Source of the DNA: Treponemataceae bacterium
Lineage (GTDB): Bacteria > Spirochaetota > Spirochaetia > Treponematales > Rectinemataceae
Reading direction: 5' to 3'
NCBI GenBank assembly: GCA_963667725.2
Contig: CAXXHO010000003.1
Span: 1,504,001 to 1,568,000 of the forward strand
Length of the DNA: 64,000 nucleotides
Position 1 is the first letter of the stretch; each line of letters begins with the position of its first letter. A model generated the notes under the pieces. It saw only the letters and a program-made list of their open reading frames with translations. It did not search any database and had not been told where the DNA came from. Of this stretch, positions 48,402 through 56,808 are shown piece by piece. The position numbers and the translations under genes were made by a program.

Positions 48402-49364
48402 TCAAGTTCTATCGAGCTTATGTTCCGGCCGGATGGACCAGGGCTGGTTCATGTTATAGCGGAATATTATCTCCAGTTTGTCCCGAATGCTCTCCGTCGG
48501 GAGAAAGAGCGTGATGGCGCGATTCCGGCGAAAATCGGTGCTTGAGGGCGTTCCGACCACGCTTCGGTCGAAATGGACCTCTATCCCCTGGTCCCTTATC
48601 TGCTTGAGATACGGCGCGGATTTTCCCTTTGCGTTTCTTCTCGCCACGTAGACGGAATGGCTGAACTCGACGCCCGAGAGCGAAGCCTGTTTTCGCCATA
48701 CGTTCAGGTCTTCCTCGATGAAGCGCGCCGCGATCGGGAGGACATCCGACCCTATGAGATGGGTCAGCTCCAGTTTCATGCCCGTGTGCATCGCTATGAA
48801 CCTGCGGATAATCTCTATCGTATCGGCGTCATTCCCGAGATCGAGGGGCAGAATGAAAGGTTCAAAAAGCCCGGCCAGCTGCATTTTAGCGATCTGGAAC
48901 CTGAAGGGGTAATCGGTTTTCTGGGGCTTGCCCGGATTGGACGAACCTTCGGGAACGACGATCATGATGTCGGAGCCGTTATGAGGGGAAGCGAGGAGTC
49001 TGAGCGCTATGGTGAGGTGCGTCAGCTGGAAGGGATCGAAGGAACCGATGTACATCGCCACCCGGGCGACGCCGTTGGGATAGCGCACGATTTTCGGATA
49101 ATCCCTCGTATCGAGGGGATGCATCTCACCCTTGCGCGCTTTTTCGTCTATATCGTAGAGCGCCTGGACGATGAGGTGTTCATAATATGAATAATCTTTG
49201 AGTTCGAGTGGTCCGATATAGCCCAGATGGGGAAGGGATTCGAATATCTTCTTCAGCCGCTTGGCGAGAAGATCAACTTTTTGGTTTGAAAATTTGGATG
49301 GCCACAGACAGGGAAAGCTGTAGGAAGAACCCGGCAAAGGCTCTTTTTTGTCTAGTTGATCCAT
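48402..49364 (-). CDS. HIGH-superfamily nucleotidyltransferase-like (NadD-like) protein
   Basis: MYIGSFDPFQLTH, NPGKP, LIGSDV, PSSTDFR. Confidence 0.65.
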   Translation of the reverse strand: MDQLDKKEPLPGSSYSFPCLWPSKFSNQKVDLLAKRLKKIFESLPHLGYIGPLELKDYSYYEHLIVQALYDIDEKARKGEMHPLDTRDYPKIVRYPNGVARVAMYIGSFDPFQLTHLTIALRLLASPHNGSDIMIVVPEGSSNPGKPQKTDYPFRFQIAKMQLAGLFEPFILPLDLGNDADTIEIIRRFIAMHTGMKLELTHLIGSDVLPIAARFIEEDLNVWRKQASLSGVEFSHSVYVARRNAKGKSAPYLKQIRDQGIEVHFDRSVVGTPSSTDFRRNRAITLFLPTESIRDKLEIIFRYNMNQPWSIRPEHKLDRT

Positions 49365-49598
49365 TGCTACAGTATTCAATGGAAAATACATTAATGCAAC
49401 AATTTTTGATTAAGATATTTAAATAATATTTTACCGATATAATTAACAATATATTACCTTCTCAAATATTTTTTATATTTATCTCTATTTATCTATATTT
49501 TTTTCTTGACAAACTGTTTAAGCGGCGCATACTGCAATAATACAGGAACCAATGGTTGGCACAAGCTTGTACTTCGGTTCGATCGACAAGGAGGCTTT

Positions 49599-50114
49599 AT
49601 GCCATCGATCACCGTGAAACAGCCAAGTTCGGACATCGAGCGGATTGTTCACAACAACCTCGGAACTCCAGGGAGCCTGCTGAAAATTCTCGAGCAGGCC
49701 CAGGAAAACGATCCCAAACATTATCTGTCGGAAGAGACCCTCAAAAATGTCGCGCAACTCGTGGGAGCGCCGCTCTCGCAGGTTTACTCGATGGCGACAT
49801 TTTACTCTTTCTTCAACCTCAAGCCGCAGGGCAAGCACTCCATCGTCGTCTGCAGGGGAACGGCTTGCCATACCAGAGGCTCCCTCTCCCTTCTCAACGA
49901 AGCGCTGTCCCGCATGGGAATCCAAGGGTTCAAGGAAGAGGAGGAGAATTCGGCGACAAGCCCCGACAGCTTCGTCTCCATCAGGACGGTCGCCTGCTTT
50001 GGCCAGTGCGCCCTCGCCCCTGTCGTCATGATAGACGGGGTGGTGAAATCCAGGATGACCATCGGAAAACTGGTCTCCCTCCTCGATAAGCTCAAAAAAG
50101 GAGGCGACAAATGA
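49599..50114 (+). CDS. hydC: [FeFe]-hydrogenase gamma subunit (NuoE-like [2Fe-2S])
   Basis: AAGGAGG RBS. ATFYSFF, VCRGTACH, VACFGQCALAP. Confidence 0.92.
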   Translation: MPSITVKQPSSDIERIVHNNLGTPGSLLKILEQAQENDPKHYLSEETLKNVAQLVGAPLSQVYSMATFYSFFNLKPQGKHSIVVCRGTACHTRGSLSLLNEALSRMGIQGFKEEEENSATSPDSFVSIRTVACFGQCALAPVVMIDGVVKSRMTIGKLVSLLDKLKKGGDK

Positions 50115-53100
50115 ACGCCGTCATCGACCTCGGAGACCTCCGGAAAAAAGGATTGTCCCATATCGTCAACGGAACGCCCTGGATATCGGTAGGATTGGGT
50201 ACCTGCGGCATCGGCAACGGAGCCGATGAAGTATTCGCCGCCATAGAAGAGTCCATCAAGAGCACGAAAATAGCCGCCAAGGCGAGGCGCGTGGGCTGTT
50301 TCGGTTTCTGCGCGGCCGAACCCGTCGTCATGGCATATCGCCCGGGCAACCCCCTTCTCATGTTCGCCGACGTAAAGGCCTCGAAGGCCCTTCTCCTCGT
50401 GAAAGGCCTGGCCGATGATGCCGCCTTCGAAAAGATCGCCAAGCTGGCCGAAGCCAAGATAGAGTCCTGGGATTTCAGGACTCATACCGTGACCTTCGGT
50501 CAAGGCTTTCCCTTCCTTCCTACTTGGAAAGAGCTGGCCTTTTTCAAGGGACAGGAAAAACTGGTTCTCAGGGACTGCGGTCTCATCGATCCCGAGCAGA
50601 TTGAGGAATATATCGGGGTAGGAGGCTACACAGGCCTTCTCAAGGCGCTCACCACCATGACGCCCGACTCGATAATCGAGGAAGTGAAAAAATCCGGCCT
50701 TCGCGGACGAGGCGGAGCGGGCTTCCCGACCTGGAAAAAATGGCGGATCATGCGGGACAACGTCCTGGCCAGTCCAGGGGAAACCTACGTCATCTGCAAC
50801 GCCGACGAAGGCGATCCGGGCGCTTACATGAACAGGAACGAGATAGAATCCGATCCCCATATGCTCCTCGAAGGGATCATCACCGGGGCATACGCCATGG
50901 GGGCGTCGCAGGGCATCGTTTACGTGCGCGCCGAATACCCACTGGCAGTGCAACGCCTCACCAAGGCGCTCGAACAGGCGAGAAAAGCCGGCTTGCTCGG
51001 CAAGAATATACTGGGAAGCAAGTTCAATTTCGACATCGATATCGTGACGGGCGCGGGCGCTTTTGTCTGCGGCGAGGAAACCGCTCTCATCGCTTCCATC
51101 GAGGGCAAGGCTGGACGTCCCGCCCCCAGACCGCCCTTCCCCGCCCAAAAAGGGCTTTACGGCAGGCCCACGACCATCGGCAACGTGGAATCCTGGTGCA
51201 ATGTGCCGGTCATCGTCGCCCGGGGCGGAGAGTATTTCGCCGCGATCGGAACGCCTTTGAGCACCGGCACCAAGGTCTTTTCCTTTGTCGGCAAAGTGCG
51301 CAACACCGGTCTCGTGGAGCTGCCCCTGGGCTCCACCCTCGAAAGCGCCGTGTACGGCATGTGCGAAGGCATGGGTCCGAAGAAGAAAATAAAGGGACTC
51401 CAGTCGGGCGGTCCCTCGGGCGGCTGCATTCCCGCCTCGCTTTTCAAGACGCCTATCGACTATGAGCACCTCACCGAACTGGGCGCCATCATGGGCTCGG
51501 GCGGCATGGTCGTCATGGACCAGGACAACTGTATGGTCGACGTGGCACGCTATTTCATCAGCTTCACCGCGAGCGAGTCCTGCGGCAAATGCACGCCCTG
51601 CCGTGAGGGTACGGCCCAGATGCTCAACATTCTGCAGGGCGTGGCTGACGGCGAGGCGAGCGAGCAGGATCTCAAGACGCTGGAGGCTCTGGCCCTCTCC
51701 GTGAAGGATTCCGCCCTCTGCGGACTCGGTCAGACAGCGGCCAATCCCGTGCTCACTACCCTGAAGTATTTCCGCGACGAATACATCCAGCACATCAAGG
51801 CCAAGCGATGCCCGGCCGGCATCTGCGAAAATCTCTATGTAGCCCTCTGCGAATCCTCCTGCCCGCTGCATATGAACATCCCAGGCTACCTGCAGCTCCT
51901 CAAGGAAAACAGGATAGAGGATGCCTTCGAGCTCACCCTCCGCGAGAATCCGCTGCCCGGTTCCCTCGGCCGCATCTGCCATTTCCACTGCAGGATGCGC
52001 TGCAGGCGCGACATGCTCGACGAGCCGGTGTCCCAGGGTGAAATCCATCGCTACCTCGCCGATTCCATGTACAAAATGGGAAGGGAAAAATCGATCTACA
52101 ACAGGCTCATCAAGGAAAAGCTGCCTCCCACCGGAAAAAAGATCGCCATCGTCGGCGCCGGTCCAGCGGGACTCGCGGCGGCCTTCTGGCTTTCGCGGCT
52201 CGGTCATGAGGTTACAGTCTACGACGCCGAAAGCGAGGCCGGCGGCGTGCTCAGATGGGGAATTCCCTCCTACCGTCTGCCCAAGGACGTACTGAAGAAG
52301 GAAATTTCCTTCATCCAGAAACTGGGCGCGCGCTTTATCTTCAATACCAGAATGGAGACGAAGGAACAATGGCAGAGGCTTCTCGATGCCTCCGACGCCG
52401 TCATCATCGCCGCGGGAGCCGGAAGCGAGATAAGCCTCAACATTCCCGGGGAGAACCTGAAAGGCGTCATCCCCGCGAGCGAACTGCTCAAGAATATCAG
52501 CGAAGGCCAGAAGCCCAAAATCGGCAGCGAAGTGATCGTTGTTGGCGGAGGGAACTCGGCGATCGACGCGGCCAGGTCAGCGCTGAGGCTCGGCGCCCAT
52601 GTCACGCTCGTGTACAGAAGGGCTCGCTCCGATATGCCTGCCAACGTCGAGGAACTAACCGGCGCGCTGGAAGAAGGCGTTTCACTCACCTGCATGACCC
52701 AACCCGTCGAGGTGCTGGGCAACGGAAACGCGCAGAATCCCAAGGCCAAGGCGCTCAGGGTCCAGAGAATGAAGGCCGGCCCAGTGGATTCCTCGGGCCG
52801 CCCCAGGCCTGTGCCCACCGACGATTTCTACGAGATTCCATGCGACTCGATCATCGTCGCCATCGGCGAGAAGGTGGGGATTCCGGGTCTGGATGCTATC
52901 GATGTTGGCGTGGAGCGGGACGGCCGCCTCAAGGCCGATCCCTATTCGCTGCGTTCCGCCAATCCCAAGGTGATTGTCTGCGGCGACGCGGCCATGGGGC
53001 CAGCGACAGCGGCCGAGGCCATGGGACAGGCGCGGATCGCCGCCGAATCGCTCGACGAGACGCTCACCGGCGAAAAACGCTTCCAGAAATTGTTCAGGTC

Positions 53101-53311
53101 CTTCGAATACAAGATGCAGGTGCCCAGCAAGCTCACCAAGGCCAAGATGACCAGGGCGGTATTCATACCGGTGGATGCCCGAAAGAGCAATTTCATGGAA
53201 ATTTCCCTCGGTTACACGGGCGAGCAGGCGCGGATCGAAGCCGAACGCTGCTTGCGCTGCGATGTTCGCGATCGGAAGCGCCAGACCTACAGCGCTCCGC
53301 TGGAAGAATAA
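50111..53311 (+). CDS. hydB: [FeFe]-hydrogenase beta subunit (NuoF-like) fused to a GltD-like FAD/NAD(P)H oxidoreductase
   Basis: N-terminal thioredoxin-like segment (TCG...GCFGFC). GRGGAGFP, NADEGDPG, FVCGEETAL, ESCGKCTPCREG. Then CESSCP...GRICHFHC...C, GAGPAG, GGGNSAIDAAR, YRR, GD...GPA. Confidence 0.92.
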   Translation: MNAVIDLGDLRKKGLSHIVNGTPWISVGLGTCGIGNGADEVFAAIEESIKSTKIAAKARRVGCFGFCAAEPVVMAYRPGNPLLMFADVKASKALLLVKGLADDAAFEKIAKLAEAKIESWDFRTHTVTFGQGFPFLPTWKELAFFKGQEKLVLRDCGLIDPEQIEEYIGVGGYTGLLKALTTMTPDSIIEEVKKSGLRGRGGAGFPTWKKWRIMRDNVLASPGETYVICNADEGDPGAYMNRNEIESDPHMLLEGIITGAYAMGASQGIVYVRAEYPLAVQRLTKALEQARKAGLLGKNILGSKFNFDIDIVTGAGAFVCGEETALIASIEGKAGRPAPRPPFPAQKGLYGRPTTIGNVESWCNVPVIVARGGEYFAAIGTPLSTGTKVFSFVGKVRNTGLVELPLGSTLESAVYGMCEGMGPKKKIKGLQSGGPSGGCIPASLFKTPIDYEHLTELGAIMGSGGMVVMDQDNCMVDVARYFISFTASESCGKCTPCREGTAQMLNILQGVADGEASEQDLKTLEALALSVKDSALCGLGQTAANPVLTTLKYFRDEYIQHIKAKRCPAGICENLYVALCESSCPLHMNIPGYLQLLKENRIEDAFELTLRENPLPGSLGRICHFHCRMRCRRDMLDEPVSQGEIHRYLADSMYKMGREKSIYNRLIKEKLPPTGKKIAIVGAGPAGLAAAFWLSRLGHEVTVYDAESEAGGVLRWGIPSYRLPKDVLKKEISFIQKLGARFIFNTRMETKEQWQRLLDASDAVIIAAGAGSEISLNIPGENLKGVIPASELLKNISEGQKPKIGSEVIVVGGGNSAIDAARSALRLGAHVTLVYRRARSDMPANVEELTGALEEGVSLTCMTQPVEVLGNGNAQNPKAKALRVQRMKAGPVDSSGRPRPVPTDDFYEIPCDSIIVAIGEKVGIPGLDAIDVGVERDGRLKADPYSLRSANPKVIVCGDAAMGPATAAEAMGQARIAAESLDETLTGEKRFQKLFRSFEYKMQVPSKLTKAKMTRAVFIPVDARKSNFMEISLGYTGEQARIEAERCLRCDVRDRKRQTYSAPLEE

Positions 53312-53323
53312 AGGGGGAATGCC

Positions 53324-55105
53324 ATGGAAACCAAAACTATAACGATTACCGTCGACGGACACAGCCTGGAAGTGGACCCCGAGCAGAACCTCATCGAGGC
53401 CTGCGCCAAAGCCGGAGTAAAGATTCCGACGCTCTGCTACATGAAGGATATATCGTCCAACGCGTCCTGCGGCGTATGTGTCGTCGAAGTCGAGGGCGCC
53501 AAGTCGCTCATCAGATCCTGTGTCCAGAAACCGATGCCGGGAATGAAGATCCACACGGCCAGCGCCAGGGTGATAAATGCCCGCAGGACGGCCATCGAGC
53601 TTCTCCTGGCCAATCATCCGACGGACTGTCTTTCCTGCATACGATCGGGAACCTGCGAGCTGCGGACGCTTTCGGAGTCCCTCGGCGTTCGCGCCTCCCA
53701 TTTTCCCAAGCTCAAGAAATACCCGCAGCCCGACAATTCCTCGGACGGCCTCGTGCGCGACGACTCCAAGTGCATACTCTGCGGGCGCTGCGTGGCCGTC
53801 TGCGCCGAAGTCCAGTCCGTTCACGCGATCGCCTTCGCGGGACGCGGCGCGAGGACGCGCGTCAGCACCTTCATGGACAGGGGACTGGCGCATAGTCCCT
53901 GCGTCCAGTGCGGCCAGTGTTCGGTCGTCTGCCCCACCGCCGCGATTTCGGAAAAAGACCAGTCCCAGGAGGTTCTCGGGGCGCTCGCCGCGCCAGGCCT
54001 CACTATGGTGGTCCAGACGGCTCCCGCTATCCGCGCCTCTCTCGGCGAAGCCTTGGGGATGCCGCCGGGAAGTCTCGTAACGGGCAAGATGGTCGCCGCT
54101 CTACGGCGCCTCGGATTCTCCAAGGTGTTCGACACCCAGTTCACGGCCGACCTCACCATCATGGAAGAGGGCACCGAGCTCATCAACAGGATCAAGGGCG
54201 GAGGCACCCTGCCGATGATCACCTCCTGTTCGCCCGGATGGATCAACTTCATCGAAACCTTCTATCCGAGCCTCCTGCCCCATTTATCCACATGCAAGAG
54301 TCCCCAGCAGATGTTCGGCGCGGTGGCCAAGACCTTCTATTCCGAAAAAGCCGGAATTGCTCCGGAGTCCATGCGCGTGGTCTCCATCATGCCCTGCACG
54401 GCCAAGAAGGGCGAGACGAAGCGGAACGGAATGGATTCGGCCTACACCTGGTGGAACGAAAAAGCCGGAATGAAACCCGGGCCGAAAAAGCCTGTCCATT
54501 ATCAGGATGTCGACTGGGCGCTCACGACCAGGGAATTGGCGAGAATGATACGCCTCGCCGGCATCGAGATAGCCTCCCTGCCCGAGGAAGAATTCGACAG
54601 CCCGCTCGGAACGTCGACGGGAGCGGCCACCATCTTCGGCACGACGGGCGGCGTCATGGAAGCGGCCCTGCGGACCGTCTACGAAATCCTCGAGGGCAAA
54701 CCCCTGCCCAGAACCGACTTCACACCCGTCAGAGGGCTGCAGGGCATCAAGACGGCCGAAGTGCCCGCGGCGGGGATGAAGATTCGCGTGGCCGTGGCCC
54801 ACGGCCTGAAGAACGCCCGCGTCATCCTTGACGAAATGGCCGCTGGGAAAAGTCCTTACCATTTCATCGAAGTGATGTCCTGCCCCGGCGGATGCATCGG
54901 CGGAGGCGGCCAGCCCGTCCTCCCCGACATGGAAAAAAAGCTTGCGCGCAATCTCTCGCTCTATGCCGAGGATCTCAGGCTTCCCGAACGAAAATCCCAC
55001 CAGAATCTGGAAGTGAGCGCACTCTACAAGGAATTCCTGGGAAATCCCGCGGGGCACTTGTCGCATGAGCTGCTTCATACAACCTATGCGGCCAGGAATT
55101 TCTAG
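53324..55105 (+). CDS. hydA: [FeFe]-hydrogenase catalytic subunit (group A, M3-type Fe-S architecture)
   Basis: [2Fe-2S] domain, HPTDCLSC..C, two CxxCxxCxxxC motifs. H-cluster motifs TSCSPGW, MPCTAKKGE, EVMSCPGGCIGGGGQP. Confidence 0.96.
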   Translation: METKTITITVDGHSLEVDPEQNLIEACAKAGVKIPTLCYMKDISSNASCGVCVVEVEGAKSLIRSCVQKPMPGMKIHTASARVINARRTAIELLLANHPTDCLSCIRSGTCELRTLSESLGVRASHFPKLKKYPQPDNSSDGLVRDDSKCILCGRCVAVCAEVQSVHAIAFAGRGARTRVSTFMDRGLAHSPCVQCGQCSVVCPTAAISEKDQSQEVLGALAAPGLTMVVQTAPAIRASLGEALGMPPGSLVTGKMVAALRRLGFSKVFDTQFTADLTIMEEGTELINRIKGGGTLPMITSCSPGWINFIETFYPSLLPHLSTCKSPQQMFGAVAKTFYSEKAGIAPESMRVVSIMPCTAKKGETKRNGMDSAYTWWNEKAGMKPGPKKPVHYQDVDWALTTRELARMIRLAGIEIASLPEEEFDSPLGTSTGAATIFGTTGGVMEAALRTVYEILEGKPLPRTDFTPVRGLQGIKTAEVPAAGMKIRVAVAHGLKNARVILDEMAAGKSPYHFIEVMSCPGGCIGGGGQPVLPDMEKKLARNLSLYAEDLRLPERKSHQNLEVSALYKEFLGNPAGHLSHELLHTTYAARNF

Positions 55106-55150
55106 GGCTTCTCGTCCATGTCGTTTTTTCGATGTTTCATGATTGTCGTG

Positions 55151-55185
55151 ACGAGGGCGTCCCGCGAAAAGCGGGACGCCCTCGT
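55151..55185 (+). terminator. Stem-loop after the hyd operon
   Basis: acgagggcgtcccgc / gcgggacgccctcgt. Confidence 0.75.
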
Positions 55186-55241
55186 TCCATAATCCAGAGC
55201 CTTCTCTGGACAAAAGCCCGCCGGCAAGGTACTACAGTAAC

Positions 55242-55937
55242 GTGCGAATAAAAGCGGTCGGCTTCGACCTGGACGGAACATTGTATCCCGCATGGCTTAT
55301 GTACGCGGCTTCCGCCGACATCGGGATGCTGCACCCCAGACTTCTCGGCGCCTATGGCGCGGCTCGCAGGGCTCTGCGGGCGCCGGATGCGTCGGCGCCT
55401 CAGGATACAACAGATCCGGAAAACGGGAAACTCATCTCCCAGGCCTTCAGAAAACGCCAGGCATCAATGATCGCCAGGAATCTCGGCGCCGATATGGATG
55501 AGGTGACCGCTTCCATCGATACGCTGATTTATTCAACCATAGAAAAGCGATTTAGGTTCATCAGGCCTTATAAGGGCGTCGCCGACTGTCTGCGGACGCT
55601 CCATCAATCCGGGCTTCGTCTCGGCATTCTGTCGGACCTGCCGCCGTCACAAAAAATCAGGCTGCTGGGTTTTTCGGGAATTTTCGATTCCATGCTCTGC
55701 TCCGAGGATTCCGGAGCGCTCAAGCCGGATCCGCGTCCTTTTTTTGCCCTCGCCGCCAGTTTGGGCGTCGAACCGGAATGCATTTTATATGTAGGCAACA
55801 AACATGACTACGATATCATGGGCGCCAGAGCCGCCGGCATGAAGACTGCCCTGATCGGGAAGGGAAAGGATGCCGATGCCGATTTCACCTTCAGACGCTG
55901 GGACGCCCTTACGCAATGGATTCTAGCCCGTATTTGA
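55242..55937 (+). CDS. HAD-superfamily hydrolase
   Basis: FDLDGTLY, ILSD, KPDP, YVGN...DIMGA. Confidence 0.9.
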   Translation: MRIKAVGFDLDGTLYPAWLMYAASADIGMLHPRLLGAYGAARRALRAPDASAPQDTTDPENGKLISQAFRKRQASMIARNLGADMDEVTASIDTLIYSTIEKRFRFIRPYKGVADCLRTLHQSGLRLGILSDLPPSQKIRLLGFSGIFDSMLCSEDSGALKPDPRPFFALAASLGVEPECILYVGNKHDYDIMGARAAGMKTALIGKGKDADADFTFRRWDALTQWILARI

Positions 55938-55945
55938 GCCATCCG

Positions 55946-56764
55946 TCATATCCTGTATACGTCCCCGTTTCTGGCAAACCGCAACCTGCCGTTCTCCGGC
56001 GGCACCGCGCCGAAATGCGTGGCGACGAGCCGGGCGCCGGGGGACAATAAAGGCATTACGCGCGCTTCGATCTCCGCCGGGCTTAAATGCACTTCGCCCT
56101 CCCAAGGCCGTCTCTCGGCATCCGTTCCGGTAGCTCTCCCGGCATCCGTCCCGTCTTCCGCGTCCAGGGCACCCTTGCCACCGGAATCGCAGAGTACGAG
56201 ACGCCCGCCGTTGGACAGGAGGGCCTCGAGGCGGGGGCTCCATTTCGTGTCGGAGGTCGCGATGAAAAGCGGCGCCTCTTCCGCCTCCCTGCCTATACGT
56301 ATCGAATACGTGAGGGGAGAATGTTCGGCCTTGAAAAATTCGAGCCAAAGCCCGCCGGCCGCTTTCATCCTCTCGCCTTCTTTTATTTCGGCCGCTTCCA
56401 GGGCCGAGAGGCTCCATTCCACATAGGGGTGTTCGGGCGAAATGGCCAAGCCAAGAATCGTTCTCATCCACTCCCGCAATCCTGAAGGCGCGATGAGCTT
56501 CAGCGGAGCGGCTTCGCGCCCGCCCTGCCCCTTGTTTCGCGTCAGGTAAAGATTGAAAAGCAGAAAGGGCAGGCCAAAGCAATGGTCGCCATGAAAATGC
56601 GTGATGACGATAGTATCGATGTCGCATAAAGCGACATTTTCGCGCATGAGGGACTGGAGGATGTCGGGAGGGGCTTCTACGAGCAGGTGCCCATCGACCA
56701 GGCAGGAATTGAAGGGTAAGCCTTCGTTTTCAAATCCGCCCACGCCAAGAATCTTCACTTCCAT
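55946..56764 (-). CDS. Metallo-beta-lactamase-fold hydrolase (RNase Z/AtsA-like)
   Basis: ITHFHGDH, AEHS, TSDT, VATHF. Confidence 0.85.
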   Translation of the reverse strand: MEVKILGVGGFENEGLPFNSCLVDGHLLVEAPPDILQSLMRENVALCDIDTIVITHFHGDHCFGLPFLLFNLYLTRNKGQGGREAAPLKLIAPSGLREWMRTILGLAISPEHPYVEWSLSALEAAEIKEGERMKAAGGLWLEFFKAEHSPLTYSIRIGREAEEAPLFIATSDTKWSPRLEALLSNGGRLVLCDSGGKGALDAEDGTDAGRATGTDAERRPWEGEVHLSPAEIEARVMPLLSPGARLVATHFGAVPPENGRLRFARNGDVYRI

Positions 56765-56808
56765 GTCAACTCCGTTAGCCTCGCCGGCGAGCTAGTCTCG
56801 CTGGCGAG

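Noticed and set aside
49556..49575. Possible third sigma54 promoter TGGCACAAGCTTGTAC before hydC
   Set aside because: The -12 element is misplaced by one base and lacks the GC. sigma54 spacing is strict, and a sigma70-like promoter lies upstream.
49802..52369. Long antisense ORFs (855 aa here; also 1107-2471, 5664-7313, 29103-30281, 57544-59055)
   Set aside because: They lie opposite well-supported genes and have no recognisable motifs. Such shadow ORFs are expected from GC-rich codon bias.
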